IMG/VR virus record: IMGVR_UViG_3300014204_000013
Coordinates: 13,181 to 77,180 of that record
Source of the DNA: a virus
Taxonomy: Duplodnaviria; Caudoviricetes
Strand: one strand, 5' to 3'
DNA: 64,000 bases
Numbering within the stretch: the stretch's first letter is position 1; each line of letters starts with the position of its first letter. The position numbers and the translations under genes are program-made. Shown piece after piece: positions 26,691 through 35,641 of this stretch. The notes under the pieces are model-generated. The model was given only the letters and a program-made list of their open reading frames with translations. It was not told the DNA's origin and ran no database searches.

Positions 26691-27917
26691 GTGAAGACGA
26701 TGCCAGAAACCGATCTGACAGACCTGAGTTACCCGAGTGAGGATATTCTTGCCATCGATAGTAAGATAGATGCTTTGGCAAGACAGTGGCTGGTTAGGAT
26801 TCAGACCAATTTTTGGCAGTTCGATGCTGCAGTTAGAACCAGGGTTACTTGGTTTAATGATCAGCACTACAACCCATTAAAAATTTATGAGGGGATTCAA
26901 GATCATTATCTGGCATTGCTTGCGGATTTGAATAAGTTTAAGCAATTTCTTGATGATAACGGATTTCCTAAGACGAGTTCATATTACAATTATTATAATG
27001 CGTATGCTCTTTATTATCAAGGATATGCAGATGTCGCAAAGCCTCCTGCATTGGTTCAAGAGGAATTAGATAGAGGAAAGTTAGTTGGGATCTGTGACAA
27101 AGTTGATGACGGTGATACCATATTTGTAGATGGTAAAGAAGTTAGATTGGCCGGCATCAATTCTCAGGAAAAGGGAACCTTCCGGGGAGCTGGCCAGGCC
27201 ACCCAGCGCATGAGAGAACTGGCACTTGGAAAGACGGTAACAGTATATTTTGACCCGAACACGCCGCTGGAGATGTACCGTAGGGTACTGGGTGCAGTAT
27301 ATCTTGGAGATGGGGATCGCGAAGATTTATTTACCAGATCAGATTGGAAAGAAATATTCCTGAACTACATCATGGTTAATGAGTGCCTGGCTGAGCCTAA
27401 TGATAAGGGTAGAAACATGTACATCGATCCAGACATGATCAAAGGGGCCTGGCAGAAATGTAAGCTTGCTGATTCTCCAGACATGGTTAGAGTTCACTTC
27501 AAATCTACACCCACTCATGCCAGGTTATATGTCGATGGTAAGGACATGATGACAGCTACTCCTGATTTTGTGGATCTATCGCCAGGTAAGCATCATTTTG
27601 TGCTGGCTGCGGAGGGCTGCAGCGCCTGGCATGAGGATATCGAAGTTGGATTTGGAGATAACAAGATTTTCCGTAAGCTTATGCCATTACCAGTAGCAAA
27701 CGGAATGATTAGTGTCTTTACTACACCGGATGACTGCGATATCATAATGAATGATATGCCGCAGGGAATTGCGCCTTTGATTGGAGTTCAGATGATCGCG
27801 AGTGCCCCGGTTGTAATTGTGGCGGTAAAAGAAGGATATGAATCTAAAACGATAAGCATTGTCCCAATGGCAGGCCGAAACATTGATGTAACCTTTGACC
27901 TACTCCAAAAGATTTAA
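26691..27917 (+). CDS. thermonuclease (SNase) with two C-terminal PEGA domains
   Basis: VDDGDTI, VRLAGINSQE, MYRRVLGAVY; FKSTPTHARLYVDG and VFTTPDDCDIIMN PEGA repeats. Confidence 0.85.
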   Translation: MKTMPETDLTDLSYPSEDILAIDSKIDALARQWLVRIQTNFWQFDAAVRTRVTWFNDQHYNPLKIYEGIQDHYLALLADLNKFKQFLDDNGFPKTSSYYNYYNAYALYYQGYADVAKPPALVQEELDRGKLVGICDKVDDGDTIFVDGKEVRLAGINSQEKGTFRGAGQATQRMRELALGKTVTVYFDPNTPLEMYRRVLGAVYLGDGDREDLFTRSDWKEIFLNYIMVNECLAEPNDKGRNMYIDPDMIKGAWQKCKLADSPDMVRVHFKSTPTHARLYVDGKDMMTATPDFVDLSPGKHHFVLAAEGCSAWHEDIEVGFGDNKIFRKLMPLPVANGMISVFTTPDDCDIIMNDMPQGIAPLIGVQMIASAPVVIVAVKEGYESKTISIVPMAGRNIDVTFDLLQKI

Positions 27918-27998
27918 GTAGTTGGAAAGAATAGTAGAGTATATCCTGGCACTGCCCAGTCAGGTTGCTGAAGTCTCGCCAATAGAAACACATCGTTT

Positions 27999-28390
27999 CC
28001 CCGGTGCCATTGTGTACCTCCTTTCCACCGGGGTTATGATTATCTATGAGAAAAATGCGGTATAGAATTGTGTATGAGAGGCAGTGGAGAGGTCTGCTTC
28101 TCTCATAGTTATGAAGAAATTCACAAGGGGTCAACAAGGGCTGCGTAAATAGATTCGACCATGGGGTGAGAGTACATGGGTTTCTACGCAGCCCATGCGA
28201 TTATCCGGCTCGGTAAGTCCCAAGGAAAGAATGAGGATCTCATGTCCAGACGAATACTTGGGGTCGAGCCAATTTACAGTTCCATGTGTCACCACAGAAC
28301 CATAAGATTGTGCGATCTTATGATTAAGGCTGGCTGTTCTTTGAAACGTGTTGGCAGGCGGGTGAACTCCCTGAAACCTGCCAGGCCTTA
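27999..28390. ncRNA. candidate large structured ncRNA (~400 nt), class unassigned
   Basis: At least six long nested stems in an ORF-free gap between convergent genes; see findings. Confidence 0.65.
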
Positions 28391-28393
28391 ATA

Positions 28394-28786
28394 TTATAGT
28401 GTTAAAGGTAAAATAGCTGCTTTTCCATCAGGTTTTTGAATTTTAATGATCTTCCCTATCTCTGTTAGATCTATTCCATCTTCGCTAAAAATAAGTAGAA
28501 CTCCCTTTCCTCGAATAATTCCATCTGCCAGGGAGTATACGGTGACTGGGTGATTGCTGCTTTCGGTTTTGGCTATACTGGTTTCCAGAAAACCATCATC
28601 AACCATGCTTTTGAGATGTGTTTTGAAGCGATTGATTTTTTTAAGTCGATCCCCATTATTTTCTTTACCATCAGCATCCAATTCTATGCCATAAATTTCG
28701 CGCACTAAATCCGTTACTGATCTACCACCATTAGCATAGAGTAGTTCGATGGCTTTTAGATCTTCCTTATTCATTTGCCAGGTCAT
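28394..28786 (-). CDS. winged-helix DNA-binding protein
   Basis: GRSVTDLVREIYG...FKTHLKSMVDDGFL...TVYSL. Confidence 0.6.
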   Translation of the reverse strand: MTWQMNKEDLKAIELLYANGGRSVTDLVREIYGIELDADGKENNGDRLKKINRFKTHLKSMVDDGFLETSIAKTESSNHPVTVYSLADGIIRGKGVLLIFSEDGIDLTEIGKIIKIQKPDGKAAILPLTL

Positions 28787-29622
28787 TCTTTGATTCCTGC
28801 CATTGCAGATTGTATATCTGGATATTCTTTTCGATATATTCCTGCTGCGATTTTCATTTTATATTTTTGAAGTTTACCTTCTAGTAAAGGATCAGACATG
28901 ATAGACTTTGAAAATTCTAACCAAGCGTTAGTTTTTCCTGCAGGCTTGGGTGTATTGGGTTTATCTGATATAATTTCACGTTCCAATCCAGCCGCCATGA
29001 AATTTTCATCGATAACGCTCATAGTTTTATCTATCAGATGAGACAGCTCAGATTCACATTCTTGGTTCCCATGTTTGCATAATACCGCTACGTATGTGCC
29101 CTGGGCGCTTACGATTTCAGCATCCTCTGAGCACATTGAGCATGATTCCGAGTCTTTACGTTCTTGTTCCATCAATTTTGAAAAATCATCAAGTTTTCCC
29201 AGTTTGATTTTTTCCAACCCATCCAGATAAACTTGGGCTTTCTGGATCGCGAGTTTCGAAACTTCTGGATCTACATCGCGAACCTTTTTGTATTCTCCTT
29301 TTGTAGGTGTGACTTTAGTAACTACTGATTTTACAGTAGTTGCAATGGTGGGGGTATTTGGTTTCCATGCAGGCCTTTTGTAGTGTTCTAAATAGGCAGG
29401 TGATACATAAAATGCACATCCGCACATTTGATCTTCCGGGGGTTTGGCTGGATCTTTTATTCGAGAAATTGCGTCTTCACAGGGGCATGACGGGGCGTGT
29501 TTGCAGGGACATTGACCTTCATTTTCAGCCAACACTGTCACCCATTCCTGGGGGCTAGTGCGGCTGTGAATCTCGAACCCATTCTGCTGTGCAAAGTCGA
29601 TCAATTCTTGGGCTTTATCCAT
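28783..29622 (-). CDS. protein with N-terminal ferredoxin:thioredoxin reductase catalytic-subunit-like domain
   Basis: FAQQNGF...GQCPCKHAPSCPC...CGCAFYV mirrors the FTR CPC/CPC/CHC-LF pattern; additional CSMC, C, C. Confidence 0.55.
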   Translation of the reverse strand: MDKAQELIDFAQQNGFEIHSRTSPQEWVTVLAENEGQCPCKHAPSCPCEDAISRIKDPAKPPEDQMCGCAFYVSPAYLEHYKRPAWKPNTPTIATTVKSVVTKVTPTKGEYKKVRDVDPEVSKLAIQKAQVYLDGLEKIKLGKLDDFSKLMEQERKDSESCSMCSEDAEIVSAQGTYVAVLCKHGNQECESELSHLIDKTMSVIDENFMAAGLEREIISDKPNTPKPAGKTNAWLEFSKSIMSDPLLEGKLQKYKMKIAAGIYRKEYPDIQSAMAGIKE

Positions 29623-30050
29623 TATACTCCGGCCTCCAACCTAAGAATTCGAATGATTTTCATTGTTTTTTCAGATATCGGTTTGTTTTCTGCTTCTTGC
29701 TTGGCTGCCCAGGCCAATAGAGCTGCAGAATTGGCACTATTATGCTGTTGGGCAAATTTGATAGATGCTTCAATAAAAGCTTCTGGGTCTTCAGAATTCT
29801 CGATAGCTCTAAGCATAACGGATTCTGCACTTTTTACGCTTTTGATGTCTTTAGCTTCCTCTTCTAATTGACTGCGGCATTTTGCCTTTGATTCTGGATC
29901 TGGAAGAAACTCGCACACCGCACGAGTGGTTGCCCATGCAGTCATTATGCCGGGAAGTAGGCAGGGCATGCATGTTTTTTCTTCTTCTTCAGAAGGTTGT
30001 TCAGATATTTCATCTACACGACTATCTACGGCATTTGCATTCTCATCCAT
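29622..30050 (-). CDS. hypothetical protein with CxxC
   Basis: TCMPCL, two further Cys; helical. Confidence 0.6.
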   Translation of the reverse strand: MDENANAVDSRVDEISEQPSEEEEKTCMPCLLPGIMTAWATTRAVCEFLPDPESKAKCRSQLEEEAKDIKSVKSAESVMLRAIENSEDPEAFIEASIKFAQQHNSANSAALLAWAAKQEAENKPISEKTMKIIRILRLEAGV

Positions 30051-30062
30051 ATTGTAAACCTC

Positions 30063-30497
30063 TCATCGCTTAATATAATAAGTTTCTTTTAGATTTGGTA
30101 AATTTAATGGATCTACGATTTGTGCAGTACCATCTAAAATGGCAGAAATCAGTCGAGATAATACTGAATTTGGGAATAAAACGATAGGAACTTCTCCTCG
30201 GGTCATCAGATCAAACATCTCTGCTATTATGGATTCCTTACGTACATTATCTGGCAGCTCCTGGGTGGGTTCGCCTTCGCGAATTAAACGATCAGCCACC
30301 AGGTGATAATGAGCAGACCATGCCGATTCAAGGCTATTAGTTGCTTCTAAAACATCTTGTACTGTCTGGTTATCATGAAATAATCTACGGTGATTGGGAC
30401 CTTCTTTTGATAAAATATCCATTATCTGGTGAACCTCTGGACATTTATGACCTATCATTATATCGTCTATATTATAATGAATTTCATGCTGGGGCAT
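30063..30497 (-). CDS. His-rich putative metal-binding protein (DUF6915-like pattern)
   Basis: VHQIMD..GPNHRRLFHD..AHYHLVAD. Confidence 0.5.
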   Translation of the reverse strand: MPQHEIHYNIDDIMIGHKCPEVHQIMDILSKEGPNHRRLFHDNQTVQDVLEATNSLESAWSAHYHLVADRLIREGEPTQELPDNVRKESIIAEMFDLMTRGEVPIVLFPNSVLSRLISAILDGTAQIVDPLNLPNLKETYYIKR

Positions 30498-30732
30498 CTG
30501 GTTGACCTTCCATGGTATTCATAGCTTTTAACAGCTCTCCAGTTGTGAATTTAATGCAGAATGTAGTGTAATTGTATTGATTGTCTTTTGTTGTTAATCC
30601 GCACCTGGCTGCGAATTCAGATGCACTCATGATGTCTGGTAAATCAGCCACCCCTGCACTACCTTGCATTAGATATTTGTGGCCTACTTTATTTGGCGCT
30701 TTATCCCACATATATATGTGAAGAAACAGCAT
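30484..30732 (-). CDS. hypothetical protein
   Basis: 82-aa ORF heading the minus-strand operon; true start may be internal. Confidence 0.5.
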   Translation of the reverse strand: MLFLHIYMWDKAPNKVGHKYLMQGSAGVADLPDIMSASEFAARCGLTTKDNQYNYTTFCIKFTTGELLKAMNTMEGQPDAPA

Positions 30733-30765
30733 TATTTATATAGCTTTGTATTATACAATAGATTT

Positions 30766-31950
30766 ATGGGAACCAGTAAGAAGGTAGGCAGGCCAGCCTC
30801 AGATGAAGTGTCTACAGAGGCTGCCAAGCAGGTATTGGATGCAAAAAAGATTATTTCTGACGAAACTACCGATAATCTGCTAGAAAGGGCTAATGCAATG
30901 CTGGAAAATACTGCAAAAACTACACTTTTGAATGCAGCTATCCACAATGCGAAAAAGGCTGAAGTATTTGCTAAACGGGAACTGGAGGAAGCGAAACAGG
31001 AAGACGAACCGAAAATATCCAAGTCATCGGGCTTCAAAATGCATGGCATGTCTCCAGATGACATCCGAACGATAGCCGAGAGTTTACCTGAAGATAAGCG
31101 TGAAAATTTCATAAGACAATCATTAGGAATGCAGTCTTATAATAACAATCCATTGAATGCATTTATGCAAGCTAAAAATCCAAACCCCGTTGCAGCCAAT
31201 CCTGCGGCTGGATTGTCATTTAGCGATTCGTTGCAGGCTATGATGGCTATGATGACATTAAATATGAATCAAGCTCAGATGAGAGCTGATGAATGGCGAC
31301 AGCAGCAGGAGCATGAGGAAAAAGCACATCGTAGAAGGATGGATGAACTTCGTGAATTGAAGGGTGGTGCTGTCACCCAGGAATCTGGACCAAATCCACA
31401 GGTTGAGGCTATGAAAGTCCAATTGGATTTTTTTAAAGAAACCATTAAAGAAAATCGCGAGCTTATAAAAGAACTGACCACTGCTCAAAAAGCGGATACT
31501 GGTGGAGATGATTTAAGAAAAGAGATTATGGAACTTACGAAACAAAATCTAGAGATCAAGAATACAGAGCTTGCTCAGAAGTTTGCCAGTTTGGAAGCAA
31601 GATTGGGTGATGCTCAGCGGAACACCATGAATATCAAAGACCTCATAGCTCAAGCCAATTCTGCAGGTGCGAATCTGCATCAGGGAGATGCAACGGACCT
31701 ACAAATTCAGAACGAACATGATTATAAAATGGAAGAGCTAAAGATAAGAACACAGGAGGCAACTGCTGAAAGAGAAGCTAGACGAGCTGAGGCAGAGGCC
31801 AAGGCAGCAGAGGCTTACAGGCAAACTGAGTTACTTAAAACAATAGCTACTGAAGTGGGAAAAGCTGTTGTGCAGAGTAAAATAGGGCCGGTTAAGGATT
31901 TGAATTCGTCCAGTCCTGGTGTTAAGGCTATCGTAGGGGCGATGAAATGA
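30766..31950 (+). CDS. long coiled-coil protein
   Basis: E/K/Q/A-rich heptads; ATG at 30766 follows TATA-like ATTTATATA. Confidence 0.75.
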   Translation: MGTSKKVGRPASDEVSTEAAKQVLDAKKIISDETTDNLLERANAMLENTAKTTLLNAAIHNAKKAEVFAKRELEEAKQEDEPKISKSSGFKMHGMSPDDIRTIAESLPEDKRENFIRQSLGMQSYNNNPLNAFMQAKNPNPVAANPAAGLSFSDSLQAMMAMMTLNMNQAQMRADEWRQQQEHEEKAHRRRMDELRELKGGAVTQESGPNPQVEAMKVQLDFFKETIKENRELIKELTTAQKADTGGDDLRKEIMELTKQNLEIKNTELAQKFASLEARLGDAQRNTMNIKDLIAQANSAGANLHQGDATDLQIQNEHDYKMEELKIRTQEATAEREARRAEAEAKAAEAYRQTELLKTIATEVGKAVVQSKIGPVKDLNSSSPGVKAIVGAMK

Positions 31951-32306
31951 GTTTATCCGGATTAGATGTTATTCTGGATACGTTTAAGTCTATGACAAAC
32001 GAAATTCCAGATGAGGCAACGGTTAAAGGTTTACTGATGCAATCAACTGTTCTTGGAGTGGATGCTTCTATTAAAGTTATTATCAAATCAAATACCTGGA
32101 TAACTGCATTGCCCTATTTGCATGAAGCTGTTGGTGATATTCCGGAAGATCAAAATCATGAGATTGCGGTAAGGTTGTTAAATGTGGCAGAAGAACTTTG
32201 GCCAAGCTTTATATCAAGCGTGGAACATAGTAAAAAGAAGACTACTCACATCGCGAATATGCTAAAACTGATAATTCAGGAGATTCGAAATGGCTCTACC
32301 GATTGA
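31947..32306 (+). CDS. hypothetical helical protein
   Basis: ATGA overlap with the upstream gene. Confidence 0.65.
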   Translation: MSLSGLDVILDTFKSMTNEIPDEATVKGLLMQSTVLGVDASIKVIIKSNTWITALPYLHEAVGDIPEDQNHEIAVRLLNVAEELWPSFISSVEHSKKKTTHIANMLKLIIQEIRNGSTD

Positions 32307-33147
32307 AATTTTAAAAGACGATAAATATGGAATTAATGGACCGTTTCGGGTCTACCATGTACCGGAAGGTCAAGGTTTGAAAGATGGAGCAATTGAAGAT
32401 TTTAGGCAACCAATTGATTTCGATGGAAATCATAGACCTCTTGTCTATCTGCAGCTTACAAAAAATCCATTAACTAAAAAATTTGTGCCATATTCAATTT
32501 ATTATGATGCAACTGCATATACGGATGAAATGATTATGGCAATTCCTACGTTAGGTGAAGTTGGGCAGAAATGTTCCTATTGTCAAGCTCGAAACGATGC
32601 AACAAAGGCTTTGGCTATTCCCGAAGAATCCTCTATTGAACCCACATCATTCGAAAGGGTGTCACAGACAATTCAAAATGCACAAAGACCTGTAGATGCA
32701 CCTGTGAAATACATGGATATGGGTAATATTGTAACCCCGTCATTTGTTTCTGCCGGGATCGATGTGTTATCTAAAGTTTTTTGTGAACCCCTGGGTGAAG
32801 CTCTTATCAAGATTGGGATGGCCGGATTGACATCGATTGCTGCTGGTTGGGCTTCGGAAGGAGGCACCCAGGCTGCTTGGCGAAAGATATCCGAGGACAT
32901 AGTTCGCGACTACAAAATATGTCCGACTGATATACCAAAAATTCAGCAAAACGTTGTCGCGATGAAAGATGCCCTCATGAAAGATCGAGGAAATATCATA
33001 GGAGCTGTATCTGCCGGCGCGTTTAAGAATTTTGGAAAGATCGCAAAAGAGCATGGATTCGAAGTTTCGGCACAAGGGCAGTTTGCCGGTAGAGCGTCTG
33101 TCGCGATTTCACCCATGCAAAGAGGACCTGGGAGGGCTATAGATTGA
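32290..33147 (+). CDS. hypothetical protein with CxxC and hydrophobic segment
   Basis: KCSYCQ; LIKIGMAGLTSIAAGW. Confidence 0.7.
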   Translation: MALPIEILKDDKYGINGPFRVYHVPEGQGLKDGAIEDFRQPIDFDGNHRPLVYLQLTKNPLTKKFVPYSIYYDATAYTDEMIMAIPTLGEVGQKCSYCQARNDATKALAIPEESSIEPTSFERVSQTIQNAQRPVDAPVKYMDMGNIVTPSFVSAGIDVLSKVFCEPLGEALIKIGMAGLTSIAAGWASEGGTQAAWRKISEDIVRDYKICPTDIPKIQQNVVAMKDALMKDRGNIIGAVSAGAFKNFGKIAKEHGFEVSAQGQFAGRASVAISPMQRGPGRAID

Positions 33148-33356
33148 GTCTTACAGATATTAAGAAGGCAATTGGATTACTTCGCAGTGGGGCGTTATAT
33201 CCAGCCACTCTTCGCGAAGCACAGCAGTTGGTGATATCAAGTGGCCAGCGAGTAAATGATATTGGAGTAGCAATATATTATGCTGAAAAAGGTGATAGGG
33301 AGAATGCGAGGAAGGCTGCAGGGAAGGCTGCAGATACATTAGCTAGGATGGTTTAA
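33144..33356 (+). CDS. small hypothetical protein
   Basis: 70-aa ORF with start/stop overlap. Confidence 0.6.
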   Translation: MSLTDIKKAIGLLRSGALYPATLREAQQLVISSGQRVNDIGVAIYYAEKGDRENARKAAGKAADTLARMV

Positions 33357-34148
33357 TTCTGACATTTCTTTTTTAGTGTAGTAACTATGTCCATCATAGA
33401 TTTCATCTATAATATGATGGAATATTGCTTCCCAACGAGGTCTATTTGAGTTTGTTCGGATATGGCATTTACGGCACAACGCTGCAAAATGTACAGGTTT
33501 TCCATCGCAGCAGGCGTTTTTGTCATAGGTTACGTGATGACAGGAAAGAAGTTCTTTGTTCTCTTCTGTTGTTTTTCCACATATGATACATCTATATTTA
33601 AAAAATGCTCTTATACGTCTTCGTAAATCCTGAGTCCATTTTGGACAATAAGGTTCGAAACTTTTACCTCCTTCCCATCGTCCATTTTTTTCTCCAAAAT
33701 TCATACAATTTGCACGATTATTTGGACGTTCCATAACCTTTCTTACAGCGATAGATGTTTTTAATCTTGCATCTGGATTCAAATATCTGGCTTTTACTAT
33801 GTCTGACATCTTTTTCCGATATTCTGGAGTTTGGGTTGTTTTCGATATAGATGCTGATAATTTTGCTCTAGTTTCCATGGTTATGATTCTAGGTTTACGT
33901 GCTGATATATTTTTACGTACTTCTGGATTTGTCATTGCATGTTTCGTAGCTATTGATATTCGTTGTTTATCTTCAGATGTAAATGTATAAGCTTTACGAT
34001 TTTTTAATAGTTTCGCCCGTTCTACCGGATCTTCAAATCGTTTTTTTGCAGCCAATGATCGTTTTGCTTTGGTTTCAGGGGTTTGGCTTTTTAATTTATT
34101 AGCTGCAGATATCTTAGCTTTATGTTCATCTGAAAGATGTTTAGTCAT
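33339..34148 (-). CDS. HNH homing endonuclease with NUMOD3-like repeats
   Basis: HLSDEHKAKIS, TPETKAKRS, TRAKLS repeats; CIICG...SCHHV...LCRKCH HNH. Confidence 0.8.
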   Translation of the reverse strand: MTKHLSDEHKAKISAANKLKSQTPETKAKRSLAAKKRFEDPVERAKLLKNRKAYTFTSEDKQRISIATKHAMTNPEVRKNISARKPRIITMETRAKLSASISKTTQTPEYRKKMSDIVKARYLNPDARLKTSIAVRKVMERPNNRANCMNFGEKNGRWEGGKSFEPYCPKWTQDLRRRIRAFFKYRCIICGKTTEENKELLSCHHVTYDKNACCDGKPVHFAALCRKCHIRTNSNRPRWEAIFHHIIDEIYDGHSYYTKKEMSELNHPS

Positions 34149-34157
34149 GTTGGAATC

Positions 34158-34322
34158 TCAGTCTACTGCAAGTTTTTGCCTAGTTTTTTGCATTTCGGGA
34201 TGGTTTGACATCCACTGTTTAATAAGTTCACGAACTACAGCACTGGCTGAAGTATCATTTATACGACATCTGATCATGAAGTCCTTTTGATCAAGATCAT
34301 TCATCTTTACTACAAGTGGCAT
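34158..34322 (-). CDS. ribbon-helix-helix regulator (54 aa, below ORF-track cutoff)
   Basis: Hand translation MPLVVKMNDLDQKDFMIRCRINDTSASAVVRELIKQWMS... Confidence 0.65.
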   Translation of the reverse strand: MPLVVKMNDLDQKDFMIRCRINDTSASAVVRELIKQWMSNHPEMQKTRQKLAVD

Positions 34323-34450
34323 ATGATATACTTGGTAATTATGATATATATAGTTAGCTATACTTTACTATGATATGATATATATAGAAGAGTATTTATA
34401 TCATGTAATGTTGTATATATGTAATTGCTATGATGCAAGGAGTGTAAAAT

Positions 34451-35632
34451 ATGGTACAAGGTTATGGACGAATGGTGGTAAATTTCAAGTTCCCATTCAG
34501 CGTTACGGCAACTACGCCGGGAGCTTCTGTGCAATGTGGGGATGATCCGGCCTACGTTTACGAATTTGGCCTCAGCCGATACGCAAAACCATGGGAAGCG
34601 GCTCCAGATATGTGCGCAGAGCTTGAGGGTATCGAAATCATCGGCCCAGTAGATGCAATGGGTGTCAGAGTACCTATTAAGAGAGTAGCACCCGTTATTG
34701 CAGGTAACGATATCGGTGAGAATATTTCCATCAATGAAAAGATGGCCCCTGCATTGCGCGATGGATCTCCTGAAATTAATTATCCGTTCCGAGAGAGGCA
34801 GACAGCAATTAACTTTGGTAAAGCCCTTCTTATGGGTGGACCTGCTGATACGACTTCTGTTAAGATCGGCCCTGGCGACACACTAAATTTCAAGGTAGAG
34901 TTCCCGACACTAGCACATGGCGGCGACGCGGCCATCAATACAGATATGGAAATTAAGGCTCACATTGCCTTCGCGAAGGGACAGGATCAGATGCTTAATG
35001 CTCTGAAGGCCTCTCCAGTAGCTGAAGTTTCTGCTGCAGCCAATTCCAACCAGATCAGACAGTATGCAGTCCTGGGCGATATGGAGATTGCAGATGTTAT
35101 TGGTGCTCAAGTTATCGATAGATCTGTTCCGGCAACTCTGGATTCCTGGTCCAGCCTAAACATGGGTCAAAATGCAGATGATCCTCAGATTAAGCGCATA
35201 ATGATATACAGCAAGAACAATCAGCCCACTACACCTAACCAAGAAATGGAATTAGTACGCGACGGCCAGTATGTACAGGTGCCTTTCCAGAGTCTGCGGT
35301 GGACAGCCACAGACAAGAAGTTCTACAGATTCACCCACTGCGGTGTTGTACCCCACCCCAACAACTTCCAGATAAAGTTCGAAAAGGGCAACAGTCGCTT
35401 CCCTCAGATCTTTAACTGTGAAACCGTCGATAATCCCTTCGTCATGCCTCAGCAGAGACTGGTTGCTAACCAGCGTTTCAATGGTCCAACTGAGCTTGCC
35501 AGGCCTTACACCCTCATGAAGGAGATCGGTTCCGTGAAGATCACTGACAACGGCGTTGCAATTCCAGCCTGGGCTGCAGGTGTCAGGGGATTCGAGATTG
35601 CGCTTTGGGGCTATGAATACACCCTCGCATAG
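34451..35632 (+). CDS. putative major capsid protein (beta-rich, possibly double jelly-roll)
   Basis: 393 aa, two beta-rich halves separated by a helix, first gene of the structural module, C-ending codon bias; fold is inference. Confidence 0.5.
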   Translation: MVQGYGRMVVNFKFPFSVTATTPGASVQCGDDPAYVYEFGLSRYAKPWEAAPDMCAELEGIEIIGPVDAMGVRVPIKRVAPVIAGNDIGENISINEKMAPALRDGSPEINYPFRERQTAINFGKALLMGGPADTTSVKIGPGDTLNFKVEFPTLAHGGDAAINTDMEIKAHIAFAKGQDQMLNALKASPVAEVSAAANSNQIRQYAVLGDMEIADVIGAQVIDRSVPATLDSWSSLNMGQNADDPQIKRIMIYSKNNQPTTPNQEMELVRDGQYVQVPFQSLRWTATDKKFYRFTHCGVVPHPNNFQIKFEKGNSRFPQIFNCETVDNPFVMPQQRLVANQRFNGPTELARPYTLMKEIGSVKITDNGVAIPAWAAGVRGFEIALWGYEYTLA

Positions 35633-35641
35633 GGGATACTA

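Noticed and set aside
28205-28305. RNase P-like fragments (GGUAAGUCC, ACAGAACC) or a group I/II intron
   Set aside because: The P4 pairing partner and intron catalytic core sequences were not found
30679-30765. ORF-track N-terminal extension of the coiled-coil gene
   Set aside because: Overlaps the divergent gene and spans the TATA region; ATG 30766 is more plausible
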